A stretch of DNA of 57,374 nt from Verrucomicrobiota bacterium (GTDB lineage Bacteria > Verrucomicrobiota > Verrucomicrobiia > Limisphaerales > UBA9464): the NCBI GenBank assembly GCA_029865985.1, contig JARXAF010000070.1, positions 1 through 57,374 on the forward strand, in the 5' to 3' direction. The notes under the pieces are model-generated. The model ran no database searches and had not been told where the DNA came from. It saw nothing but the letters and a program-made list of their open reading frames with translations. Position 1 is the stretch's first letter, and each line of letters opens with the position of its first letter. A program made the translations under genes and the position numbers. Positions 45,755 through 55,223 of this stretch are shown in pieces.

Positions 45755-46912
45755 ATGAAACTTTCTCCGTCTCTGGGTCAATCCGCCACGGTTCTTGCTT
45801 CGGCTGCCTTGTGCTTGAACGCGTTTTTTCAACAACAGGCTCAAGCCCAAGGCTGCGTTGCTGTCCGCGGTGGAGGTATGTGCACCATGAACCACGCGGG
45901 CACGGGAGAGGACGCCGCCGAACACGGCCCTTGGCTCGCCTCCGTCGGCTACCGATTCTTCAAGTCAGACCGTCACTTCATCGGTGGCAATGAATCCCGC
46001 AATGCCGCTGGACTGGATCGCTTCCAACAAGGCACCGAAGTCATCAACTACTCCCAGTTCATCGACACCAGCGTGACTTACCAATTCAGCCCGCGTTTGT
46101 CGGCGTCACTGGTCCTGCCTTGGGTGCATCACATCCGTTCAGCGCCCTATGAACACAGCGGTGTCCGACGCGATACCGGAGCCTCGGGCATCGGCGACGT
46201 CCGAGCCGTGGTGGGGTATTGGCTCTGGGACCCGAAAACCCAGCCCAAGGGCAACCTTCAGGTCAGCCTCGGAGGCAAGGCTCCGACGGGAGACTATCAG
46301 GCGGACGACATCTTCTTCCAGGACCAGGATCCCACCTCCGGTGTGAACATCCAACCGGTGCGCCGCAATGTGGATCAGTCCATCCAACCCGGTGACGGCG
46401 GTTGGGGTGTCAGTTGGGAACTCAACGGCTACCGCGAATTGACCAAGGGCTTCTTCGCCTATGCCCAAGCGTATTACTTGTTCAATCCGCAAAATGTGAA
46501 TGGCGTGAAGAGCCCCACCGCACGGAGCGATGCCGGTCCAAGAATTGCGGGCACGAACATCGACAACGGCATGTCCATCACCGACCAGTACATGTTCCGT
46601 GCCGGCTTCAACAAGGTGATCAGCGAGAAGCACAATCTCTCTGTCTCCCTGGGTGGCCGCATGGAAGGTATTCCTGTGGAAGACCTCAACGGCAATGCCG
46701 GTGATCAAGAAGGCTTCCGCCGTCCCGGTTACTCCATCGCCATTGAACCCGGAATCAACTGGATGCCTGGAAAATGGAATGTGGCCATCACGGTTCCCTG
46801 GCGTCTGGAAGCACAACGCGAGCGCAGTTACTGGAACCTGCAAAAAGGAACCCGTGGTGATGCAGCCTTCGCGGATTATCTGGTGACCGTTTCGGTCTCG
46901 CGGTGGTTCTGA
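45755..46912 (+). CDS. Outer-membrane beta-barrel, putative transporter (SphA/MetA-pathway-like)
   Basis: Signal peptide ending AQA; GIGDV; GGKAPTGDY; QPGDG; alternating beta pattern; C-terminal aromatic residue (SRWF). Confidence 0.75.
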   Translation: MKLSPSLGQSATVLASAALCLNAFFQQQAQAQGCVAVRGGGMCTMNHAGTGEDAAEHGPWLASVGYRFFKSDRHFIGGNESRNAAGLDRFQQGTEVINYSQFIDTSVTYQFSPRLSASLVLPWVHHIRSAPYEHSGVRRDTGASGIGDVRAVVGYWLWDPKTQPKGNLQVSLGGKAPTGDYQADDIFFQDQDPTSGVNIQPVRRNVDQSIQPGDGGWGVSWELNGYRELTKGFFAYAQAYYLFNPQNVNGVKSPTARSDAGPRIAGTNIDNGMSITDQYMFRAGFNKVISEKHNLSVSLGGRMEGIPVEDLNGNAGDQEGFRRPGYSIAIEPGINWMPGKWNVAITVPWRLEAQRERSYWNLQKGTRGDAAFADYLVTVSVSRWF

Positions 46913-46940
46913 GCAAACCCTCGTTCTGAGCAGATACCGC

Positions 46941-46978
46941 AAAAGCGGGGATGCAGTTCACTGCGTCCCCGCTTTTTT
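46941..46978. terminator. Rho-independent bidirectional terminator
   Basis: AAAAGCGGGGATGCAG-TTCA-CTGCGTCCCCGCTTTTTT between the convergent barrel gene and flhA. Confidence 0.9.
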
Positions 46979-47079
46979 GCACCGAGAGCGGGACATCCGC
47001 CGAACGCTGAACACAGCCCAAGGGAGGACTCGGAATCCGATCGATCATCTGAAGACCTGACCCACCGAGGGACAGGGCA

Positions 47080-49188
47080 TCACTCCGGAACCACCAAAGT
47101 CCCAGCACTCTGGATATCCACCCGACTGGGGACCTCCGAGTAGCTCAAGACCGTGAGATCACTGAAAGTCGCCTCGAAGAAACGTCGGAATGCCAAGCGG
47201 ATATGGGGCCCGCACAGAACCACCGGAGCCTGACCGGAGGCCAACAGGCTTTGGATCATCTTGGACAAGTTCTCCACCAGATGACGGGCCAACCGCGGAT
47301 CCAGCAAGAGTGCGATCTCGGTTTGGGACTGCCGCACCCCCTTGGCAATTTCCTGTTCCAGGCGCGGATCAAGCGTGATCGCCTTGAGAACGCCGCGATC
47401 ATCCTGGTAGGGCTTCACGATTTGCGGCCCCAAGGCGCGCCGAGCGTGCTCGCTGAGTTCATCCGGATTCTTGGTGACACCGGCGAAGTCGCTCACCTTC
47501 TCCAGAATGCTCGCCAAATTGCGGATGGAAATGCCTTCAGCGAGCAGGTTCTGGAGGATGCGCTGCACCTGACCCACATTGAGTTGGGCCGGGATCAATT
47601 CATTCACCACGGTGGGATGCGTGGTCTTGAGATGATCCAGCAACTGCTGCACATCCTGACGGGAGAGAATTTCATGACTTTGATGCTTCACTACTTCCGT
47701 GAGGTGGGTGATGAGCACACTGGACGCGTCGACCACCGTGTAGCCGGCGATTTCCGCCGTCTTGCGTTCGACTTCCGTGATCCACGTCGCGGGCAATTGG
47801 AAGACGGGCTCGGTGGTGGGAACTCCCTTGAGCGTCACGCGGCTGTTGGTGGCGTTCATGGCCAAGGAGTAGCCCGGCATCAGACTGCCCGAGGCCACCG
47901 AATTCCCCTTCAGGAGAAAGCGGTATTCATTGGCTCCGATCTGGAGGTTGTCGCGAAGTTTGATCGGCGGGATGAGCAAGCCCATTTCCTGGGCAAACTG
48001 ACGACGGACGCCCGTAACCCGCTCCAACAAGTCGCCGCCCTTCCGACTGTCCGCCAACGAAACCAACCCAAAGCCCAGTTCGATCAAGAGAGCATCGACG
48101 CCCAGAAGATTCTCAAGTTTGTCGCCAACCGGTGCAGCGGCCGATCCCGGAACGGCGTTCGCAGCGGCTTCGCTGGATTTGCCGCTTTTGCCATCGGCCT
48201 TCTGCTTGGCATCGGCGCCCGCCGCCGGCCGGTTCTTGATATTTTTGCCGACGAACCATGTGACAACCGAGAGCACCAAAAACGGGAACATGGGCAATCC
48301 AGGAACCACCGACAGAAAAGCCAACATGACCGAGAGGATGGTCAGAGCCCTCGGATACGAGGTGAGTTGGCGTCCCAGTTCCTCGCCGAAATTGTTTTTG
48401 GAGGCCGCCCGCGTCACCAAAAGACCCGCGGCCATGGACGTGACCAAGGCAGGAATTTGTGACACCAGGCCGTCACCAATGGACAACAGAGTGTACCGTG
48501 ACAAGGCTTCGGTGAAGCTCATGCCCCGTTGCGCCATGCCGATGGCGAAGCCACCCACGATGTTTACCACGGTGATCATCACCGCCGCCACGGCATCGCC
48601 GCGAACGAACTTCGATGCACCGTCCATGGCTCCGTAGAAATCGGCTTCCTGCTCCACCTTGCGGCGGCGGGCTCGAGCCTGCTGCTCGTTGATGATGCCG
48701 GCACCCAACTCCGCATCAATGGCCATTTGTTTGCCGGGCATGGCATCCAAGGTGAAACGGGCGGCCACTTCGGCGATACGGCCAGCACCCTTGGTGATGA
48801 CCACGAAATTGATGACCACCAAAATGGAGAAAATGACGATACCCACCACGTAGTTGCCACCCACCACGAAATTGCCGAAGGCCTCGATGATGTGTCCGGC
48901 ATCCCCGGAAATGAGGATCAAACGGGTGGTCGCTACGTTGAGCGCCAACCGGAACAAGGTCACAAAGAGCAGCAGCGATGGAAACCCGGTGAATTCCGAG
49001 GGATCGTCTGTGTAAAGAATGACCAAAAGGATGAGCAGCGAGGAGGCGATGCTGACCGCCAGCAGCAGGTCGAGCAGCAACGGAGGTACCGGCAAGATGA
49101 GCAGCAGCACCGTGCCGAACACCCCTAACACCAACCAGAGGTCCATCTGGCTCAACCGAACAATCCAACTGTCCTGTGTTTTCGTCAT
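47080..49188 (-). CDS. flhA: Flagellar export gate protein FlhA
   Basis: FHIPEP motif RIAEVAARFTLDAMPGKQMAIDA; FYGAMDGASKFVRGDA; IGDGLVSQIPAL; cytoplasmic domain. Confidence 0.95.
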   Translation of the reverse strand: MTKTQDSWIVRLSQMDLWLVLGVFGTVLLLILPVPPLLLDLLLAVSIASSLLILLVILYTDDPSEFTGFPSLLLFVTLFRLALNVATTRLILISGDAGHIIEAFGNFVVGGNYVVGIVIFSILVVINFVVITKGAGRIAEVAARFTLDAMPGKQMAIDAELGAGIINEQQARARRRKVEQEADFYGAMDGASKFVRGDAVAAVMITVVNIVGGFAIGMAQRGMSFTEALSRYTLLSIGDGLVSQIPALVTSMAAGLLVTRAASKNNFGEELGRQLTSYPRALTILSVMLAFLSVVPGLPMFPFLVLSVVTWFVGKNIKNRPAAGADAKQKADGKSGKSSEAAANAVPGSAAAPVGDKLENLLGVDALLIELGFGLVSLADSRKGGDLLERVTGVRRQFAQEMGLLIPPIKLRDNLQIGANEYRFLLKGNSVASGSLMPGYSLAMNATNSRVTLKGVPTTEPVFQLPATWITEVERKTAEIAGYTVVDASSVLITHLTEVVKHQSHEILSRQDVQQLLDHLKTTHPTVVNELIPAQLNVGQVQRILQNLLAEGISIRNLASILEKVSDFAGVTKNPDELSEHARRALGPQIVKPYQDDRGVLKAITLDPRLEQEIAKGVRQSQTEIALLLDPRLARHLVENLSKMIQSLLASGQAPVVLCGPHIRLAFRRFFEATFSDLTVLSYSEVPSRVDIQSAGTLVVPE

Positions 49189-49332
49189 TGCGTCCGTTTC
49201 CAGAGCACAGGACAGCAGCTATCGGTCCAAGTTGCTTTCGAGCCGTAATGACGGTGGTTTCTAAACCTTCCTCATCCCCAACAGGAAAACCCTGCCGGGT
49301 CACCCGAAGTCCCGGGGGGAAACCTGCCGAGA

Positions 49333-50448
49333 TTAGTTCGAGGGGGTCGCCGGCTTCGCGCTGGCAGCGTGGCTTCGGGCGTAATACCGGAACCGGTTCA
49401 CGCGATAGACATAGGCGAGGATCTCCGCCACCGACGTGTACAACTGGATGGGGATGTCGGCGTCGACCTTGCCGTATTTGAGAAGCATCCGGGCCAACGG
49501 TTTGTTCTCGAGGACCGGAATTTGGAGTTTCTCGGCCAATTCACGGATTCGCAACGCGTTGTAATCCTTGGCCATGGCGATGATCCGGGGGGCGGCCATC
49601 GTGTCGCGATCGTATCGCAAGGCGACCGCGATGTGGGTCGGATTGGCGATGACCACATCCGCATTGGGCAAATCGTCCAATTGCGCCTTCAGGGACTTGC
49701 GTCGCATCTGCCGCTTGCGCATCTCCCCCTTCACATGGGGGTTACCCTCACTCTGCTTGCTCTCATCCTTGACCTCTTCTTTGGTCATCATGAGGTCGCG
49801 CTGCGTTTTCCAGAGCTGGTAAGCGTAGTCGATGGCGGCGATCAAAATCATCGCCAAGAGCACGCGACTCCCGATCCGCATCGTGGATTCGGAGAGGAAG
49901 GTCCCGATCCGCTTGATGTCCACCGGGGCGTTGAAAATCGGGTCATCGAGCACCGACCGAACCTGATTCCAAGAGAACCAACTAATGGCCCCCAACTTCA
50001 CCAAATTCACCGCCGCTGGGAAGAGCGCTTGGGCCGAGAAAAGCCTCTGGAAACCGGCTATCGGGTTGAGTCGTTCCCAATTGAAGCTGATGGGATCGGA
50101 CAACATGCGGAATCGGCTCTGAACCAGACCTGCGGCCACTCCGGCAACACCCGTCGCCACCAAGGGCGGAGCCACACAACCCACCAAGGTCATGGCTGAG
50201 TTGGACGCCTTATCCTGAAGGGTGTTGACGTCGATGGTCGTGTCGTGGAGATGGAAAAAAACCGATTGGAACACGCCCGTCATGTCATCGAGCAGTTGCC
50301 CGCTATGGGACTGCAATGCCCAGACTCCCGCCATCAGAACGAAGGCGGTTTGGATTTCTTGGGACTTGGCCCATTGACCCTTGCCCAAGGCCTCGGTCAA
50401 CCGCCTGTCTGTTGGTTGCTCTGTTTTGTCGCCACTACCCTCGGACAT
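49333..50448 (-). CDS. flhB: Flagellar export switch protein FlhB
   Basis: KTEQPT; MMTKEEVKDESKQSEGNP; NPTH autocleavage site; ENKPLAR. Confidence 0.95.
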   Translation of the reverse strand: MSEGSGDKTEQPTDRRLTEALGKGQWAKSQEIQTAFVLMAGVWALQSHSGQLLDDMTGVFQSVFFHLHDTTIDVNTLQDKASNSAMTLVGCVAPPLVATGVAGVAAGLVQSRFRMLSDPISFNWERLNPIAGFQRLFSAQALFPAAVNLVKLGAISWFSWNQVRSVLDDPIFNAPVDIKRIGTFLSESTMRIGSRVLLAMILIAAIDYAYQLWKTQRDLMMTKEEVKDESKQSEGNPHVKGEMRKRQMRRKSLKAQLDDLPNADVVIANPTHIAVALRYDRDTMAAPRIIAMAKDYNALRIRELAEKLQIPVLENKPLARMLLKYGKVDADIPIQLYTSVAEILAYVYRVNRFRYYARSHAASAKPATPSN

Positions 50449-50454
50449 GGTGCT

Positions 50455-51237
50455 TCAGGGTTTAGTTGTGGTCGCACCCAAGATCTGGGCAATGCGGACA
50501 AAATCATCCGGGATGCGGCGCATGTAATTGGCCGTGAAATCGCCGATGAAGCGCATGCTCATGGCAAAAATAAACAGTCCGGCCAGCACACGAACCGGCA
50601 TGCTCTCGGAAAAAACATTCATCTGAGGCACGGCCCGGCCGAGCATGGAGAACACCCAAGTGACCAGGAAGGCCACCGCCATGATCGGAGCCGCCACCTG
50701 GATCCCTGCCGACAAGATCCAACTGGTGTGCGCCAAGGCGTTGCGCATGAGTTCCTCGCTGCCATGAGCCGCTCCGATGGGAAGCACCGAGTAGGTTCGA
50801 ATGAAGAACGCCAGGATCCAGTGGTGCATATCCAATCCAAAGAAAGTCACCACCCCCAGCCAGTACAACAACGTCGCGGTGATGGGACTGCTCGCATTGG
50901 TTCCCGGATTGAGAACGGTGGCCATGGTCAACCCCAGATCATTGGCGATGAGGGTTCCCGTCACATCCAGCGCGAAGAAGGCGAATCGGCAAACGAAGCC
51001 CATCACAACCCCTGCGGTGAGTTCGATGAATATCACCTGAATGAGCCACCAGAGCGAATCCGTCTTCACATCCATGGCTGGCAACAGCGGAGCGGCCAAG
51101 GTGGCCATCATGACCCCCAGCGCCACCTTGAGAGACCGAGGTACTTGATTGCCCGAGAAAACCGGCATGGTCATCACCAAGCCGCTGGCTCTCACCATCA
51201 CAAACACCCAGACCGCGATGGATTGGATCGCCGTCAT
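50455..51237 (-). CDS. fliR: Flagellar export protein FliR
   Basis: VRASGL..PVFS; hydrophobic; LGRAVPQMNVF. Confidence 0.92.
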   Translation of the reverse strand: MTAIQSIAVWVFVMVRASGLVMTMPVFSGNQVPRSLKVALGVMMATLAAPLLPAMDVKTDSLWWLIQVIFIELTAGVVMGFVCRFAFFALDVTGTLIANDLGLTMATVLNPGTNASSPITATLLYWLGVVTFFGLDMHHWILAFFIRTYSVLPIGAAHGSEELMRNALAHTSWILSAGIQVAAPIMAVAFLVTWVFSMLGRAVPQMNVFSESMPVRVLAGLFIFAMSMRFIGDFTANYMRRIPDDFVRIAQILGATTTKP

Positions 51238-51240
51238 GGA

Positions 51241-51510
51241 TCAACCCACCATCTGGGGGATTTGTTCGATCACCGACCGTGTGAACTCGAGGGTGGTGCG
51301 AACCATCCAAGGCAACGTCACCACGATGAGCGACAGCACCGCCAGAGCCTTGGGAACAAAGGACAAGGTCTGCTCTTGGATGGAGGTCACCGCCTGAAAA
51401 ACGCTGATCCCCATTCCGATGGTCAGTGCGGTCATCAGAATGGGTGAGGCCAGCGTGACGGAGGTAAGAATGAGCGCCTTGATGATTTCGACGGCAGTTT
51501 CTGGATTCAT
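51241..51510 (-). CDS. fliQ: Flagellar export protein FliQ
   Basis: ISVFQAVTSIQEQTLSFVPK. Confidence 0.95.
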   Translation of the reverse strand: MNPETAVEIIKALILTSVTLASPILMTALTIGMGISVFQAVTSIQEQTLSFVPKALAVLSLIVVTLPWMVRTTLEFTRSVIEQIPQMVG

Positions 51511-51543
51511 GGAAATACGGGGAAATGGCTGAGCAATAGGCCT

Positions 51544-52386
51544 TTAAACACCAAAGCTCATGAGCAGCGAACGAACGATGAGAGACCATCCGTCCACCAG
51601 GACGAACAGCAGGATCTTGAGCGGGAGAGCAATCGTGGCAGGAGGCATCATCATCATGCCCATGCTCATCAAAATGGTGGCCACCACGATGTCGATGAGG
51701 ATGAACGGCACGAAGATGAGGAAGCCCATTTGAAAGGCCGTCCGAAGTTCGCTGATGATGAAGGCGGGGATCACCACGCGCAGCGGCATGGCATCGGGCA
51801 CCGTCGCCGGAATCTTGGCCAATTCCACGAACAACTCGACATCCCTGGGCCGGGTCTGGCGCAGCATGAAGGCCCGGATGGGCTTCGACGCTTCGTCTAC
51901 CGCTTGAGCCGAAGTGATCTTCTTCTCCATGTAGGGTTGCAAGGCATTGGTCTGAACCTTGGACCATACCGGCTCCATGATGAAATAGGTCAGAAACAGC
52001 GACAATCCGATGATCACTTGGTTGGCCGGAGCCCCTTGCAAGGTCAACGCATTGCGAACGAAGGACAGGACGATGACGATACGGCTGAAGCAGGTCATCA
52101 GCAGGATGATCGAAGGGGCCATCGACAGCAGGGTGATGGCGAAAAGCACCTGGATGGCGACATCCACATCCTTCGGTTGGCCGATGCCATCCATCCCGAT
52201 GTTGAGTGTCAAGGGAGGCAACGTGCCTCCTGTGGCGGTTGAGGCTGCAGCGCCGGTCGCACCAGGTGCTTGAGCCACGACTGCCATGGGCAGAAGCAAG
52301 ACCCACCACAGCAAAACCCAGGAAATGCCCCGACCCATTCGCTGGACCGTGCCGACGGTTCGGCGTGTCTCGATCGAAGTGTTCAT
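51544..52386 (-). CDS. fliP: Flagellar export protein FliP
   Basis: Cleavable signal region; MTCFSRIVIVLS; PANQV; PAFIISELRTAFQMGF; MGMMMMPP; LFVLVDGW. Start uncertain (ATG 52386). Confidence 0.95.
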   Translation of the reverse strand: MNTSIETRRTVGTVQRMGRGISWVLLWWVLLLPMAVVAQAPGATGAAASTATGGTLPPLTLNIGMDGIGQPKDVDVAIQVLFAITLLSMAPSIILLMTCFSRIVIVLSFVRNALTLQGAPANQVIIGLSLFLTYFIMEPVWSKVQTNALQPYMEKKITSAQAVDEASKPIRAFMLRQTRPRDVELFVELAKIPATVPDAMPLRVVIPAFIISELRTAFQMGFLIFVPFILIDIVVATILMSMGMMMMPPATIALPLKILLFVLVDGWSLIVRSLLMSFGV

Positions 52387-52892
52387 GCCGATGGCGTCAA
52401 GGTTTTGTCCAAAATGCTCCGGAAAGATCCCGGAGGGACCGAACCTGAGTTGCTGGCCCCCGTCTCTGCAGAGGGGGAACCGCTCACCGCGGGCGGCTCG
52501 GGATCCAAAGGCGACAACAGCGACACGCCGCTGGGTGAAACCCCAATGAGGAATTGCTGGTGCCGGTAGGCCACCACGTACACGCCCATGCGCTGCCCCA
52601 GGTTTTTCGCATCGACCACCCGCAAACCGCCCGCGGGCGCCCGCTGGACCAGAAGTCGCTGCCAATGGCGGTAGAGCCAGAGTGCACCGATCAGAACGGC
52701 GAAAACGATCGCCAGATTGCCCATCATGCGAGCCAGCGATCCGACCGTGCTGCTCATATCGGGCGACGCAATGGCGTTGGTCAAAGACCCCGACGGCAGC
52801 GTCAAAGGAATGGAATTGGTGGCACCCACGTGTCCCACCACAAGCAGCGGGTGTGCCGAAGCTGTTTTTGCCCATGAAATAGGGGTTTCCAT
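52383..52892 (-). CDS. fliO: Flagellar export chaperone FliO
   Basis: Single TM then LRVVDAKNLGQRMGVYVV..FLIGVSPSGVSLL; immediately upstream of fliP. Start uncertain (52892 or 52976). Confidence 0.8.
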   Translation of the reverse strand: METPISWAKTASAHPLLVVGHVGATNSIPLTLPSGSLTNAIASPDMSSTVGSLARMMGNLAIVFAVLIGALWLYRHWQRLLVQRAPAGGLRVVDAKNLGQRMGVYVVAYRHQQFLIGVSPSGVSLLSPLDPEPPAVSGSPSAETGASNSGSVPPGSFRSILDKTLTPSA

Positions 52893-52972
52893 CAATTCCA
52901 CCCCCCTCCCGGCAGCGATTGCCGAACCCCAACCCAATACCCGCGGCAAAATCCTCCCCCCACTGTTCCGGA

Positions 52973-55207
52973 TCAACCCAGATTCACCGGATCAATGTCG
53001 ATGATGAGGGTCAAATCCGCCGGCATCGCGAAGGCTTGTTCTATTTTCCCGAGTTCAGCGGACAACCGGCTCATGGAAGAGGTCCGCAGCATGATTTGGT
53101 GACGAAAGAAGCTTTCAGCCTTCAGCAACGGGGCCGGGGCGGGGCCCGCCAAAATCAGGTCTTTCCAATCTTTCAAACCCGCATCGAGCGCCTTGCGCAA
53201 GTGCTCGGCAAAGAGCTTCACCTTGTCTTCATTGCGTCCCTTGACCGTCAACAGGGCCACCCGGGCCGCTGGCGGATAATGCAATTGCTCCCGGAATTCG
53301 ACCTCCTGCTCGTAAAAACCGAGGAAATCATGCCGTCTCGCATACTGGATGGCGGGATGGAATGGCGTGAAACTTTGGACAAAGACCTCCCCCTCGACAT
53401 CCCCCCGCCCCGCCCGGCCGCTGACCTGGGTGAGCAACTGGAAAGTCCGCTCGCCAGCCCGAAAATCGGCCTGATGGAGACTCAAGTCGGCATGCACGAT
53501 GCCCACCAGCGTGACATTGGGAAAATGCAGTCCCTTGGCGATCATCTGGGTGCCCACCAGGATATCGATCTTGCCCGTGCGAAAGTCGGTGAGAATACGG
53601 CGATAATCCTCCTTCCGCTTCAAGGTGTCGGAATCCATGCGCTCGACGCGTGCATGCGGGAACCCCTTGCGCAGCGCGTCCTCGACCCGCTCGGTGCCAA
53701 TGCCCGCAAACCGGATGGCCGGATTGCCGCAACCCGGGGCCGGACAGTGCTCAGGCACGGGATCTTCATGGCCGCAGATGTGGCAGAGCAACCGCCGCGA
53801 GGCCCGATGATAGGTCAGAGAAACCGAGCAATTCGGGCACCCGGCCACATGACCGCATTGAGGGCACTGCAATGAGGTCGAGAAACCGCGTCGATTGAGA
53901 AACAACAAGGTTTGCTCCCGTTTCTCCAATCGCTGAGTGATGGCCTCGCGCAGCCGCAGGGTGAACACGGGGGGAGCCCCGCTCTTGGACTTGCGGGATT
54001 CCTCTCGCAAATCCACCACGCGCACCACCGGCAAGCGCTTGTCATCCACCCGTTTGGCCATTTCCAGCAGGGTGTATTTGCCGCGCCGGGCATTGTGAAA
54101 ACTCTCGATGGACGGGGTCGCCGATCCCAGCAGGACCACCGCTCCCTCCCGCTGACCGCGTACCACCGCCACATCACGAGCATGGTAGCGAGGCGTCTCC
54201 TCCTGCTTGTAGGAGTGTTCATGCTCCTCATCGACGATGATCAGCCCCAGCGGGTGCACCGGAGCGAACACCGCAGATCGGGCCCCGATCACGATGCGCG
54301 CCCGGCCTTGCCGGATTTTGTGCCACTCATCATGTCGCTCACCGCCCGAGAGGTGCGAATGCAGCACCGCCACAAGGGTTCGATGGGGGCCTGAAGAAAA
54401 ACGCGCCTTGAAGCGCTCCACGGTCTGCGGGGTCAGCGAAATCTCCGGCACCAACACGATGGCTCCGCGCCCTTGTGCCAAAGCGTGTTGAATGGCCTGC
54501 AAGTACACCTCGGTTTTGCCCGAGCCTGTAACCCCGAAGAGCAAGAAGGGCTTGGCGGATTCACCGCGCACGAGTCCGTCATGGGCTTGGACCAATGCCC
54601 GGAAAGCCACCACCTGCTCGTCATTCAGCGTCAACGGCGTGGTGGGAACAATGAGCTCCCGCGCATACGGATCCCGCTCATCGATCTTGGGCGCGATGCA
54701 CACCAAGCCCTTGTCTTCGAGCTTGCGCACGGTCTCGGCGGTCGTCTCCCCGAGCCGAAGCAGCTCCTGAAGCGGCAACTCCCGCCACTCCTCGATGATG
54801 CGCCAAATCGTCTCCTGCCGCGGCGTGAGTTTGGGCAATTCGCCGACCACCGTGAGCGCGTGCACATGAAGACGTTCACGCCACCCGGCATCCTCCTTGC
54901 GGACAGCTTCCGGCAAAACACTCTTGAGCGCCGTCTCGACCGGGCAGCAATAGTAGGACGCAATCCAACGAGCCAACTCCAGCACCTGAGGCGTGACCAG
55001 AGTCTGGGCACCCAAAACATTCAGGATGGGCTTGAGGTTGGTCTGGGGCGAGGAATCCGCCACCGCAGTCACCAAGCCCAGCACCTGCCGATGTCCGAAG
55101 GGCACCTTGACCCGAGACCCCACGGCCACACGCCCGGAAAACTCCTCCGGAATGGAATAATCGAACTCCTTGCGGAGGGCTATTTCGAGAGTAACGCGGG
55201 CGACCAC
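52973..55207 (-). CDS. priA: Primosomal protein N' (replication restart helicase)
   Basis: GVTGSGKTEVY; LVPEISLTPQ; DEEHE; LGSATPS; CxxC zinc region; GTQMIAKGLHFP; GRAGR; IDIDP. Start probably GTG 55207. Confidence 0.95.
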   Translation of the reverse strand: MVARVTLEIALRKEFDYSIPEEFSGRVAVGSRVKVPFGHRQVLGLVTAVADSSPQTNLKPILNVLGAQTLVTPQVLELARWIASYYCCPVETALKSVLPEAVRKEDAGWRERLHVHALTVVGELPKLTPRQETIWRIIEEWRELPLQELLRLGETTAETVRKLEDKGLVCIAPKIDERDPYARELIVPTTPLTLNDEQVVAFRALVQAHDGLVRGESAKPFLLFGVTGSGKTEVYLQAIQHALAQGRGAIVLVPEISLTPQTVERFKARFSSGPHRTLVAVLHSHLSGGERHDEWHKIRQGRARIVIGARSAVFAPVHPLGLIIVDEEHEHSYKQEETPRYHARDVAVVRGQREGAVVLLGSATPSIESFHNARRGKYTLLEMAKRVDDKRLPVVRVVDLREESRKSKSGAPPVFTLRLREAITQRLEKREQTLLFLNRRGFSTSLQCPQCGHVAGCPNCSVSLTYHRASRRLLCHICGHEDPVPEHCPAPGCGNPAIRFAGIGTERVEDALRKGFPHARVERMDSDTLKRKEDYRRILTDFRTGKIDILVGTQMIAKGLHFPNVTLVGIVHADLSLHQADFRAGERTFQLLTQVSGRAGRGDVEGEVFVQSFTPFHPAIQYARRHDFLGFYEQEVEFREQLHYPPAARVALLTVKGRNEDKVKLFAEHLRKALDAGLKDWKDLILAGPAPAPLLKAESFFRHQIMLRTSSMSRLSAELGKIEQAFAMPADLTLIIDIDPVNLG

Positions 55208-55223
55208 AAGTGAGGTTTCCCGA

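Noticed and set aside
47080-52976. Non-flagellar injectisome (T3SS) interpretation
   Set aside because: Presence of fliO, a signal-bearing FliP and the fliOPQR-flhBA order point to flagellar type; no sctC/J/N nearby. The giant secretin is in a pseudopilin operon and has a T2SS-type N0.
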